The notes beneath the pieces are model-generated. The model was not told where the DNA came from and ran no database searches. It saw only the letters and a list, made by a program, of their open reading frames with translations. Positions 1 through 8,936 of a stretch of DNA of 64,000 nucleotides are shown here, piece after piece. Source of the stretch: Myxococcota bacterium (lineage in GTDB: Bacteria; Myxococcota_A; UBA796; CAJQPC01). Position 1 is the first letter of the stretch, and every line of letters begins with the position of its first letter. The stretch is taken from the NCBI GenBank assembly GCA_036012755.1, contig DASCPX010000179.1, positions 1-64,000 of the forward strand. Reading direction: 5' to 3'. The translations under genes and the position numbers were made by a program.

Positions 1-1
1 G

Positions 2-676
2 AGCCTGGGCAACGTCATCAACATCCGGGACATCCTCGAGGAGGTCCCGGCGGAGGCGCTCAAGCTGCTCTACCTCGGCTCCCACTACCGCTCGCCCCTA
101 CCCTACTCGGCAGCACGGCTGGCGGAGGCGATGGGCGGACTGGACCGGATCTACCTCGCCAAGGAGTCCTGCCTGAAGCTCGGCGCCAAGCCGCCCAAGG
201 CCACGCTGGAGCAGCTGTGCAACGAGGGGCACGGCAAGCTCGTGGAGTTCGTCAACGGCTTCCGGGAGCGCTTCGAACAGGCGATGGACCAGGACTTCAA
301 CACCGCCAAGGCCATCGGAGATCTCTTCGAGCTCGCTCGGGCGCTCAACCGGGCCGCTGACGACAAGTCGCTGAAGAAGCGCGGCGCGGCGCTCTTCGCC
401 AAGGCGCTGGATGCCTTCGAGACCACTGGCGAGGTCCTCGGTATCGGCGCGATGGCGCCCCAGGCCTTCTTCGACGAGTTCAAGCTGAAGCGCCTGGCGT
501 CGATGGGGCTGCCCATCGAGTGGGTGGAGGGCAGGCTCGAAGAGCGCCTCGCGGCGAGAGCAGAGGGCGACTGGGCCAGAGCGGATGCGATACGTGACGA
601 ACTACACAAACGCTGCGTCGTGGTGATGGACGGACCTGGGGGCACTGTCGACTGGCGCATGAGGGCCAGCGGATAG
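2..676 (+). CDS. cysS: Cysteine--tRNA ligase, C-terminal part (5' end outside window)
   Basis: Frame 2 from base 2 reads SLGNVINIRD...LGSHYRSPL...AMDQDFNTAKA...WARADAIRDEL: end of the KMSKSLGN motif, HYRSP and the anticodon-binding domain. Confidence 0.93.
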   Translation, partial: SLGNVINIRDILEEVPAEALKLLYLGSHYRSPLPYSAARLAEAMGGLDRIYLAKESCLKLGAKPPKATLEQLCNEGHGKLVEFVNGFRERFEQAMDQDFNTAKAIGDLFELARALNRAADDKSLKKRGAALFAKALDAFETTGEVLGIGAMAPQAFFDEFKLKRLASMGLPIEWVEGRLEERLAARAEGDWARADAIRDELHKRCVVVMDGPGGTVDWRMRASG

Positions 677-1187
677 AAACCATCCCCCAAGTCATCGAAC
701 GACTCGACGAACTCACCCACCAAAACAGGAGACGACTCTCCCGCCGCGGCTACTTCTCCGCGATGTACCGGGCGATGACCGCTCGCGTGCTCGTGGGCGT
801 CGAGACCGGCCGCTTCCAGGCGCCGGAACGGCTGAGCCGCCTCTGTGTCGTCTTCGCCCGCTTCTACTTCGAGACGCTCGAGGAGCCCACATCAACCTCG
901 ACCTGCCCCAGGCGGTCGAGGAGACCGGCGGCGACCTCGACGAGAAGCTCGGCCGCTTCGATGAAGGCCTCTTCAACTGGTCGGCTCAGCAAGCGCGCAA
1001 GGGCGCCAGGCAGTGCGCCTTGCTCCTCCGCAGCACTGGCCCCGGAGTCCTGCCCTTGATGGCGAACAACGCAGCCTTCCTGGGACGCTTGATCCTCTCC
1101 GTCCGCGCCGACGGGCGCATCGGCGAGACCGACTACCAGGCCCCCGAGCGCATCCCCGAGATCATCGACGACCTCGTCCGGCTCTGA
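676..1187 (+). pseudogene. DUF5995-like gene remnant
   Basis: Frame 1 reads ETIPQVIERLDEL..RGYFSAMYRAMT..GRF..ERLSRLCVVFARFY; the HINLDL motif follows in frame 3 at 888; no start codon; looks internally shortened; stop 1185-1187. Confidence 0.6.
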
Positions 1188-1216
1188 GCAGAGGTCACGC
1201 GCCCGGACCACCTCGC

Positions 1217-2275
1217 CTACTGGACGAGCACCAGGTTGCAGGCGACCTCGGCCAGCTCCTTCTTTCCGTCGCAGGTGGCGTAGCGGACGAGCTCGACGAC
1301 GTGGGCGCCGACCTCGGTGTGGCTGGCGGAGAAGCCGTAGCGGGCTTCCTTCTTCCTCTTGAAGTCCACGATCGCCGCTTCCTTGCCGCTGTCGACGGCC
1401 GCCCAGTCGACGTAGGTGTCGTAGGAGTAGGTGCACCCCTTCTTCGTCTCACGACCGTCGATGCCGATGTAGTGGTAGTGGACCGTCTCGCCGGAGGCGA
1501 AGCTGCAGCCCTGGTTGGGAACACAGGGCTGGACCTCGGCCTCTGACTCCGGGAACTTGTCGGTCTTCATGGCGATGAGGTCCGAGGCGTCCGTGCAGTG
1601 CTCCCACATCAAGCCGGTCTCGTCGGTCTGCACGAACTGGTCCGTGCCGACGGGGTTGCTGTCTTCCTTCACGGCCCCGTTGTAGATGGTCATGTAGTTG
1701 TCGGTGACGCGCAGGAGGCACTTCTTGTCGTTGACCTGGGCGTAGAGCCGCCCCTGGAGCTTGTTGCCCAGGTTGTTGTTGTTGAAGACGAACTGCTCCC
1801 ACTGCTCGCCGCCCTTGTACTTGGCGATGACCTCTCCGGCTTCCTTGATGCCGGCGGCGATCTCCTCGTCGTTGGCGAGGCCCTGGGCGATCTTCGCCAG
1901 CGCCTCCGGGGTGCAGGCGGCCGGATCGCCTTCCTTCTCTGCGACCGTCAGGGCCTGGCACCAGTCCTTGTACTTGGGAGGCTCGAAGCAGGCCCACTCA
2001 CCGGCCTTCTCGAAGCAGTGGTACTCGTAGACATCCGAGTAGCTGCCGACCGTGTACTTGACCTTGAGGGTCCCGCCCTCCTCGTAGAACTTCATGCGCG
2101 TCTGGCGATCCGGAGACCGGACGCCGGAGCCGTCAGCCGCCAGCTTGTTGTAGAGCCAGGTCGTGCCCGCCAGGGTCTCGTTCGTGAGCGCGCAGCCCTC
2201 TTCGGTGGGCTGGTTCAGGTTGAGCCTGTTTGAGCGCTCTTCGCAGGCCGTCAGGGCAGTTAGGAACAGGAGCAT
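1217..2275 (-). CDS. Hypothetical Cys-rich lipoprotein
   Basis: 352 aa, MLLFLTALTAC lipobox, GC-rich coding-like codon use. Confidence 0.8.
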   Translation of the reverse strand: MLLFLTALTACEERSNRLNLNQPTEEGCALTNETLAGTTWLYNKLAADGSGVRSPDRQTRMKFYEEGGTLKVKYTVGSYSDVYEYHCFEKAGEWACFEPPKYKDWCQALTVAEKEGDPAACTPEALAKIAQGLANDEEIAAGIKEAGEVIAKYKGGEQWEQFVFNNNNLGNKLQGRLYAQVNDKKCLLRVTDNYMTIYNGAVKEDSNPVGTDQFVQTDETGLMWEHCTDASDLIAMKTDKFPESEAEVQPCVPNQGCSFASGETVHYHYIGIDGRETKKGCTYSYDTYVDWAAVDSGKEAAIVDFKRKKEARYGFSASHTEVGAHVVELVRYATCDGKKELAEVACNLVLVQ

Positions 2276-2358
2276 CAGCGGGTCCTTGCAAGGCGGGAGG
2301 TGGCGGAGGGTATCACGGGGTTATCGGGCAGCTCGGACTGCCGCCAAGTGGAGGAATG

Positions 2359-3066
2359 ATGCGCGCAGATGGACGCTCGGCCGGAGAGCTGAGGCCCTTG
2401 TCTTTCGAGCCGAACGTGGCTCTTCACGCAGCCGGTAGCTGCATCGTCCGACTGGGCAACACCCACGTCTGGTGCACCGCCTCGGTGGACGAGTTCCTCC
2501 CGAGGTGGCGCCGCGACAGCGGTCTCGGCTGGGTCACCGCCGAGTACCGCATGCTGCCCGCCGCCACGGACACACGGTCCCGCCGCGAGGGAGACCGCAT
2601 CAAGGGGCGAACGGCGGAGATCCAGCGTCTCATCGGCCGGTCGCTGCGAGCCGCCGTGGACTTCCGGATCCTGGGCGAGCACGTCATCACCATCGACTGC
2701 GACGTCCTGCAGGCCGACGGTGGGACGCGCACGGCCGCCGTGACCGGAGGCTACGTGGCGATGGCCCTGGCCTGCCGACAGCTGCGGAACAAAGGTCGGC
2801 TCGTACGCTCCCCGCTGATCCACGAGGTCGCCGCCGTGAGCGTCGGCATCTGCGACGGCGTGGCCCTCTGCGATCTGCCCTATGTCGAGGACAGCACCGC
2901 CGAGGTGGACATGAACGTGGTGATGACCGGCGAAGGGCAGCTCATCGAGGTCCAGGGCACGGCCGAGGGGACCCCCTACACGCGCCAGCAGCTGAGCACC
3001 ATGCTCGACCTCGCGGAGGACGGCATCCGGCAAATGGTGCTGGCCCAGCGTGCGGTGCTCGGGTGA
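2359..3066 (+). CDS. rph: Ribonuclease PH
   Basis: MRADGR..ELRP, GWVTAEYRMLP, EIQRLIGRSLRA, DCDVLQADGGTRTA; GGAGG upstream (alternative ATG at 2356). Confidence 0.96.
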   Translation: MRADGRSAGELRPLSFEPNVALHAAGSCIVRLGNTHVWCTASVDEFLPRWRRDSGLGWVTAEYRMLPAATDTRSRREGDRIKGRTAEIQRLIGRSLRAAVDFRILGEHVITIDCDVLQADGGTRTAAVTGGYVAMALACRQLRNKGRLVRSPLIHEVAAVSVGICDGVALCDLPYVEDSTAEVDMNVVMTGEGQLIEVQGTAEGTPYTRQQLSTMLDLAEDGIRQMVLAQRAVLG

Positions 3067-3647
3067 AGGTCGTCCTCGCCTCCAACAACGCGCACAAGCT
3101 GGAGGAGATCGGGCGAATCCTGACCGGACGCGGTCTCGAGTTGGTTCCGCTGTCGGCCTTCCCCGCGATCCCGGACCCTCCAGAGGACCAGGAGACCTTC
3201 GAGGGAAACGCCCTGCAGAAGGCGCGCTTCGTCTTCGAGCGCAGCGGCCTGCCGGCGCTCGCGGACGACTCCGGGCTGGCCGTGGACGCGCTCGACGGCG
3301 GTCCGGGCGTGCACAGCAAGCGCTTCACCGCAGAGGCCATCGCCCCGACCAACAACGCGAAGCTGCTGCGGGTCCTCGACGGCGTAGAGGTGCGGACGGC
3401 TCGCTTCGTGTGCGCGCTGGCCCTGGTGACCTCATCCGGCGAGGACACGGTGCGCGGAACGGTCGAGGGCTGCATCGGCCACGCTCCCCGCGGCGACAAG
3501 GGCTTCGGCTATGACCCGTTGTTCCTGCCCAACGCGACCCCGGGCCGGACCATGGCCGAGCTCGCCAACGCCGAAAAGGACGCCATCTCCCACAGAGGCG
3601 ATGCGCTCTCCAGGCTCCCCCCGCTCCTGGACCGCCTCCTCCAGTAG
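3063..3647 (+). CDS. rdgB: Non-canonical purine NTP pyrophosphatase (RdgB/HAM1)
   Basis: ASNNAHKLEE, ALADDSGL.VDAL.G.PG, GFGYDPLF, ISHRG; GTGA overlap with rph. Confidence 0.95.
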   Translation: MKVVLASNNAHKLEEIGRILTGRGLELVPLSAFPAIPDPPEDQETFEGNALQKARFVFERSGLPALADDSGLAVDALDGGPGVHSKRFTAEAIAPTNNAKLLRVLDGVEVRTARFVCALALVTSSGEDTVRGTVEGCIGHAPRGDKGFGYDPLFLPNATPGRTMAELANAEKDAISHRGDALSRLPPLLDRLLQ

Positions 3648-3652
3648 GGGTC

Positions 3653-3985
3653 TCAGGGCGTGGACTCAGCCGGCTCGAAGCTCTGCACGTAGGCCACGAC
3701 CTGCGTGATCTGCTCCTCCGAGAGCACGCCGCCCCAGGCGATCATCAGGGGTGAGACGCCCACGCTGGCGCCGCCTTCTGTGACCACCTTCTTCAAGTGA
3801 GCCTCGTCACGGCCCTCCCAGAACGAGGCCTCTGTGAAGTTCGCAGGCTTGGGATCCAGTGCCGCGCCGGCAGGGCCTCCGCCGTCACCTTCCGGGCCGT
3901 GGCAGGTGACGCAGAACTGGGTGTAGACCGCCTTCCCGGGGAGGTCTTCGGCCAGCGCCGTGCTCAGCAAGGCGAAGAGGAACAA
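3653..3985 (-). CDS. Secreted monoheme cytochrome c
   Basis: Signal peptide, CVTCHG motif, PKPANFT, distal Met in LMIAW. Confidence 0.9.
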   Translation of the reverse strand: MFLFALLSTALAEDLPGKAVYTQFCVTCHGPEGDGGGPAGAALDPKPANFTEASFWEGRDEAHLKKVVTEGGASVGVSPLMIAWGGVLSEEQITQVVAYVQSFEPAESTP

Positions 3986-3994
3986 GGGGGCCTC

Positions 3995-5203
3995 CTAGAG
4001 GAAGAAGTGAGCGAACAGGACGACCTCGTCCATGTCCTGGTTGGCGGCGGACAGCAGCGTGCGCGAGTCCTTCGCGGCCTCTTCGGCGCCCGGCACGAAG
4101 GTGTGGCGGTAGAGCACGCGGATCTCGGAGAAGCCGCTCGGGAAGAGCTCGAAGCCAGCTCCAGCCCGGTGCATGAGGTTGGGCGTCAGCGTGATCTCCG
4201 GGTCCCAGGCCTCGTAGAAGAGCTGGAGGTCGAGGCCCTGACGCGGCGCGAAGTCGAGCTCCGTGTAGGTCACGTACGAGGTCGTCAGGGTCTCCGCGGC
4301 GTTGTCCGATGTCCGCCGGTAGTCGGCCTCGGCGAGCACGGTGAACTTGCCGGCTGACAGCATCAGGTAGGGACCAGCTCGAAGATCGAGGGTGCGACGG
4401 TCGAACTCCTGGTAGTTCTCCGTCTCCACCGCGCCCCCCGGCTCGTACCAGCCGCTGGCGCCGAAGGTGAGCATCGCCGGGCCCGGAGACAGGTTCACGT
4501 CCGCCCGGCCAGTGACGGCGGGCTTCCAGTCGGGGTTGAGTCCGCCGGTGAGTGCTGTGCCGTTGATGACCGAGAGGTATGCGTTGAGCTTGCCCGGCGT
4601 GATCCTCACCTCGACCCCGGCCTCGCGCAGGTTCGGCTCGATGCCCAGACCCTCCTCTCGGATGTAGGTGCGGTGGTTCGGCAGCTTCAGCCCGTATGCA
4701 TGTACGAACTGGCCGACCTTGACGTAGCCACCGCTGTCGCCGAGCTGCTTGAGCGCGAAGGCCTCCAGGCTTCCGGAGCCCACGCCGTAGTCGACATAGA
4801 GCGAGAACGACTTCGTGACGCCGAGGGTGAGGTAGACGTCGTCCTGCATGAGGAAGGCCGAGCGCAAGCTCGGGAGCTGGAAGCTCGTCGCCTCGTCCCC
4901 GCTCTCGTCGATGATCTCCCGTGGGAAGGTCGCGATGACCGCACCTCGCACGTCGGTGCCGATGGCCAGGCTGCTGTCTCCGGCGATCCACTCGGTCTGG
5001 AGGTTCGAGGTCTTCTCGGCGTCGCCCGGATCCCAGGGGAGCTGGAACTTCGCGAAGACCTGCTTGCCGTAGGTGTTCCGCTGCCCTCCGCCGGTCGGGT
5101 TGACGTGACAGAGGCTGCAGTTGGTTCCCTGGCGCGCCGCGAAGCGCGGGATGGCCCAGGCCTCGGCCTCCAGGACCGGTCCCTGGCTCTCGAGCCGGAA
5201 GCG
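3995..5203 (-). CDS. Cyc2-like cytochrome c-porin fusion (start and signal peptide missing)
   Basis: The tracked ORF 3995..4951 extends upstream in frame to AWAIPRFAARQGTNCSLCHVNPTGGG (CxxCH at 5119-5105); beta-barrel-like C-terminal part; in-frame TGA at 5206-5204. Confidence 0.7.
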   Translation of the reverse strand, partial: RFRLESQGPVLEAEAWAIPRFAARQGTNCSLCHVNPTGGGQRNTYGKQVFAKFQLPWDPGDAEKTSNLQTEWIAGDSSLAIGTDVRGAVIATFPREIIDESGDEATSFQLPSLRSAFLMQDDVYLTLGVTKSFSLYVDYGVGSGSLEAFALKQLGDSGGYVKVGQFVHAYGLKLPNHRTYIREEGLGIEPNLREAGVEVRITPGKLNAYLSVINGTALTGGLNPDWKPAVTGRADVNLSPGPAMLTFGASGWYEPGGAVETENYQEFDRRTLDLRAGPYLMLSAGKFTVLAEADYRRTSDNAAETLTTSYVTYTELDFAPRQGLDLQLFYEAWDPEITLTPNLMHRAGAGFELFPSGFSEIRVLYRHTFVPGAEEAAKDSRTLLSAANQDMDEVVLFAHFFL

Positions 5204-5342
5204 TCAGAGCTGGTCGAAGAACTGCTCCGGATCGCAGGTCACGTCTGTCGCCACGATGGCCGGAGAGCAGGCGACGATCAACAGCAGCACGGCCTCCAGG
5301 TAACCCGAGCCGTCCGGTGGCATCCTTCGCCGCGGAGGCCAC

Positions 5343-5786
5343 ATGTTGCTGTTGTTGCTCGCCTGCGTCGATGCTCCCGACGACCTCGTGCAGGACGAGA
5401 GCCTGCACCCATGCGCCGTCGACGCCGGTGACCAGGAGCTCCGGCTCTATGACAACGACGGAGCCCTGGTCGTCGCCTGGGACAGCGACGAGATCTGGTC
5501 CCTCGCCGTCACCAGCCCCGACGCGAAGATCGGCAGCTACGGTCGCCTCGAGTCGGGCCGGGTGTCCTGGAGCATCGCCGGCGAGGACTTCAGCGAGCTG
5601 TTGGTCTCTCCGGTCTTCTTCGGCTCGCTTCCAGCCGAGGCAGAGGACTACACTGCCTACATGGGCGGAGTGAGCGATGACCTCGACACCGAGCGCTGCT
5701 ACGAGGTCCAGACCAGCGACCTCCACCACGCCGCCTTCGGGCGACGCCAGTTCCGCCTCTCCGAGCTCCCACACTGGATGAACTGA
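5343..5786 (+). CDS. Hypothetical lipoprotein
   Basis: GGAGG RBS, MLLLLLAC. Confidence 0.75.
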   Translation: MLLLLLACVDAPDDLVQDESLHPCAVDAGDQELRLYDNDGALVVAWDSDEIWSLAVTSPDAKIGSYGRLESGRVSWSIAGEDFSELLVSPVFFGSLPAEAEDYTAYMGGVSDDLDTERCYEVQTSDLHHAAFGRRQFRLSELPHWMN

Positions 5787-6115
5787 GCTGGGAGCTGCGC
5801 ATCGAGGTCGGCGCGACCCACCTCGACCTGGACATCTACGAGCGCCGCGTCGAGATCCTCGCCCGGGGGCCGGGTGAGCTGACGGACGAGATCGGCCAGC
5901 TCCTACGCTTCCGGAGGCCGCTGGTCGGCGAGGTGGACCCGAAGGCTCTGCGAGCACTGCTGATGGGGGCGGAGGCCGGGGCCCTGCTCGCCCGTGTCCA
6001 GGACGGCACGGGCGTCGACATGTTGTGGAGCGGGGACCGCCTGGGCACGTGGACCGAGGACGCCTTCGAGGCTGCCTGCCTGCTGCACGAGGCCGTCGAC
6101 GGGATGACAGAATAG
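5783..6115 (+). CDS. Hypothetical protein, start uncertain
   Basis: Frame of the tracked ORF 5933..6115 stays open and coding-like upstream (LSWELRIEVGATHLDLDIYERR). Confidence 0.4.
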   Translation: MSWELRIEVGATHLDLDIYERRVEILARGPGELTDEIGQLLRFRRPLVGEVDPKALRALLMGAEAGALLARVQDGTGVDMLWSGDRLGTWTEDAFEAACLLHEAVDGMTE

Positions 6116-6119
6116 GGTC

Positions 6120-7766
6120 GTGCTATTCCTGCTGGCCTGCTCGCGACCGGTCGACACCGGGGAGCCCGAGAACACCGAGATCATCGCTGCGGTGGAGCTC
6201 GTCGAGGAGGGCGTCACCACTTGCGCGGCGCCGGGGGATCGAGAGACCGAGGGCATCCTCTGGAGTCCGGACATGAGCGGTGCCTGGGAGGGCGAGCTCC
6301 CAGAGGGCTACGAGCAGACCACCCGCACCTCGCCGGGCATGGCGGTGGCCGACATCGACGGCGACGGCGGGTGGGAGCTCATCTTCTCGAACAAGACCCC
6401 CTCCTTCATCTTCACCTTTGACGAGCTCGGCGACCCGGTGGACGTGACGGATGTCCTCGGTCTGCCGCGAGAGGACTCGGGGGCCTGGGGAGCCTCGACC
6501 GTGGACCTCGACGATGACGGCGACGTCGATGTCTACATGCAGTGCCGAGGGCAGCCGGACCGCCTCTATGTGAACGAGGACGGCGCGCTCGTCGAGAGCG
6601 CCGACGAGGTCTTCGACGAGGTCCTCGACTGGGGAGCCAGCGGCTCGGCGTGGGGAGACATGGACGGTGACGGTGACCTCGATCTCTTCATCGGCACGAC
6701 CGATGGCCCTGGCGGCCAGTCCTACGCGATCCCGATGGAGGGCCCACCGAACTTCATCTACGAGAACCGTGGCGACGAGGGCCTCGTCCTGCGTCCCGAC
6801 CTGCTGCCCCACCAGGCCACCTACTCCTACAGCTTCGGCGCCGCCTGGATCGACCTGGATCTCGACGGGGACATGGACCTCTACCAGATCAACGACCACG
6901 GCGACGCGGCCTACGGAAACCGGGTCCTGATGAACCGCAGCGAGGAGGGCAGCCTCGACTTCGATGACATCGGCGAGTCCGGGCCCTGGTTCCGCGCCTC
7001 TGCGATGGGGCTGGGGATCGGCGACCTCAACGGTGACGACGTCCCGGACCTCTTCATGTCGGACTGGGGCCGCATGGTCCTGCTGGAGAGCGCCGGCGAG
7101 GGTCTCTGGATCGACACGACCGCCGCCCGGGGCTTCGTCGTCGACCCTGCCGACGGGCGCGAGGTGGCCTGGGGAGCTGACCTCGCCGACCTCGACAACG
7201 ACGGCGACCTCGACGCGTTGTCGAGCTTCGGCGTCTCCTACGATGCGGAGAGCCGTGGCCGCGAGCAGCTCGAGAACCAACCCGACGCGCTCTGGCTCCA
7301 GGACGATGACGGGAGCTTCGTCGAGGTCGCCGACTCGTGGGACTTCACCGACCGCTCGGATGGGCGTGCGCTCGCGGTGGTCGATCTCGATGACAACGGC
7401 TGGTTGGACATCGTCAAGCGCCGCCTGGAGCTCCCGCCGCTGTTGCAGTACCAGCGCTGCGGCGAGGCCCACTGGCTGAAGATCCGCCTGGCCCAGGAGG
7501 CCCCGAACGTCAACGCCATCGGCGCCAGGGTGCGCATCGAAGCCGGCGGCAATGAGCAGTGGCGCTCGCTTCACGCCGGCGGAACGAGCCTGGGCTATGG
7601 CGCTCCGCCAGAGCTCCACTTCGGCCTCGGCGATGCCACGACGGTCGACCTCGTCGAGGTCCACTGGCCGGACGGTGCGATCTCGCGGGTCGAGGACGTG
7701 ACCGCGGATCAGCGGGTCTGGCTCGCTCGGGAAGGAGCCCGGAGCGTGGCGGGCATGCCGGACTGA
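6120..7766 (+). CDS. CRTAC1/ASPIC-UnbV family FG-GAP repeat lipoprotein
   Basis: Many DxDxDGDxD repeats; C-terminal NAIGARV...ELHFGLG..V.WPDG. Confidence 0.9.
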   Translation: MLFLLACSRPVDTGEPENTEIIAAVELVEEGVTTCAAPGDRETEGILWSPDMSGAWEGELPEGYEQTTRTSPGMAVADIDGDGGWELIFSNKTPSFIFTFDELGDPVDVTDVLGLPREDSGAWGASTVDLDDDGDVDVYMQCRGQPDRLYVNEDGALVESADEVFDEVLDWGASGSAWGDMDGDGDLDLFIGTTDGPGGQSYAIPMEGPPNFIYENRGDEGLVLRPDLLPHQATYSYSFGAAWIDLDLDGDMDLYQINDHGDAAYGNRVLMNRSEEGSLDFDDIGESGPWFRASAMGLGIGDLNGDDVPDLFMSDWGRMVLLESAGEGLWIDTTAARGFVVDPADGREVAWGADLADLDNDGDLDALSSFGVSYDAESRGREQLENQPDALWLQDDDGSFVEVADSWDFTDRSDGRALAVVDLDDNGWLDIVKRRLELPPLLQYQRCGEAHWLKIRLAQEAPNVNAIGARVRIEAGGNEQWRSLHAGGTSLGYGAPPELHFGLGDATTVDLVEVHWPDGAISRVEDVTADQRVWLAREGARSVAGMPD

Positions 7767-7895
7767 CTCCTCAGAACTGGAAGTTCTGAGTCCCACCTGT
7801 CGATCGAGTGTACATGCGGATCGACAAAGGGCTGTACACGGTCATAGTGGCCTAAAGAGGCCTGGAGAGGCCCGTACCGTGTACAACTTCCTGCG

Positions 7896-8035
7896 GCTCA
7901 GCGGCTCCGCTTGAAGTTCCAGAGTCGGGGTGCTTCACTCTGGGTCCCAGGAGAGCCTTCATGACCCAACGCAGCGTTCTGAATTGGATGGCACTCGGCC
8001 TGTTGGGCCTTGTCGGTTGCCAGCAGGCCCCAGCC
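7896..8035 (+). repeat. ~140-bp repeat, copy 1 (structured leader plus lipoprotein signal)
   Basis: Closely matches 11178-11318; partial third match CTCTGGGTCCCAGGA near 8888. Confidence 0.9.
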
Positions 8036-8140
8036 TACGCAGAACCCACCGGTGCTGCCTCAGGGGCACAACGAAGGGTGCTGCACCCTGTGCTACCAAC
8101 CCAGCTGCCTCTCTCTCACCCCGACCGGACCCACCCTTGA
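7961..8140 (+). CDS. Small lipoprotein or remnant (59 aa)
   Basis: AGGAGA RBS; MTQRSVLNWMALGLLGLVGCQQA; N-terminus paralogous to 11244..11438. Confidence 0.5.
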   Translation: MTQRSVLNWMALGLLGLVGCQQAPAYAEPTGAASGAQRRVLHPVLPTQLPLSHPDRTHP

Positions 8141-8607
8141 ACGACACTGACGACGTCGACATCCGCCCAGAACCTGCAGGTCAACGCGATACCAAGAAGA
8201 AAGAGGAACACCCCGAACGCACGTCGCACCGGACGCGGGGAGGTTTCGAGTAGCCACGTCTGCAGTCGCCAGCTCAGGCGGCCGAAGAAGCCCTGGTAGT
8301 GGGCCGCCAGGCCAGAATGGTCACCATGGCTGCTTCTTGCCATCCAATCCGGATCGATCACATAAAGGACACCGATTGCGGCCAGCGCAGTCGTGAGACC
8401 GCCGAAGAAGATCTCGAGGTCTCCATGGAAGATAGCGAGCCCCACGGTCCCAAGTGGAACGAGGACAAACAGCCCAAACAACACACCGCCTGCGATCCGG
8501 GAGCCCCTCGGGCTGAGGGCCTGGAGGCGGTTCAAAGGGTGCTCGAACGCTTGATCCTCAGGGTGATCGGGGTCTTGCATCCAACGAGTCAAGCACTTTC
8601 GACCCAT
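8116..8607 (-). CDS. Hypothetical membrane protein (island cargo)
   Basis: 163 aa with about three hydrophobic segments; start uncertain. Confidence 0.5.
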   Translation of the reverse strand: MGRKCLTRWMQDPDHPEDQAFEHPLNRLQALSPRGSRIAGGVLFGLFVLVPLGTVGLAIFHGDLEIFFGGLTTALAAIGVLYVIDPDWMARSSHGDHSGLAAHYQGFFGRLSWRLQTWLLETSPRPVRRAFGVFLFLLGIALTCRFWADVDVVSVVQGWVRSG

Positions 8608-8650
8608 GCGGTCAAAGCGACAGCACCTCGAAGGGGAAGACAGTCGGCGA

Positions 8651-8815
8651 ATGCAGCAGCCTCTTCAGGTGGTCCACGCTCCTTGCCCGCAGTGCAACGG
8701 GCCCGCGGTCTTCCGCTGGGTCGGCGGTCGCTGGCTGGGGGCGTGCTGCGCTCCTGGAGCGTGCTGGTGGTCCCGTGCTCTACCCGTGCTGCAGGGGCTC
8801 GATGTCGATGAGTGA
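8651..8815 (+). CDS. Small Cys-rich, Zn-ribbon-like protein
   Basis: MQQPLQVVHAPCPQCNGPAVF...CC..GAC. Confidence 0.3.
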   Translation: MQQPLQVVHAPCPQCNGPAVFRWVGGRWLGACCAPGACWWSRALPVLQGLDVDE

Positions 8816-8936
8816 CCGCTACTGAGTTGGGGCACCCGGGCATCATGCCGGTGCCCTTACTTTTCACGTCGCTGGTCTTCCCCTACGCTCTGGGTCCCAG
8901 GAAAGCCCTCTTCCTGGGCTTCCGTGGAGACTCGCC

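Noticed and set aside
5204..5206. Selenocysteine or readthrough at the in-frame TGA upstream of the Cyc2-like domain
   Set aside because: Position is not Cys-like, I see no convincing SECIS, and the upstream peptide looks like an unrelated lipoprotein stub
7896..7960. Integron attC site
   Set aside because: Lacks RYYYAAC/GTTRRRY ends and lies upstream of, and continuous with, a coding start
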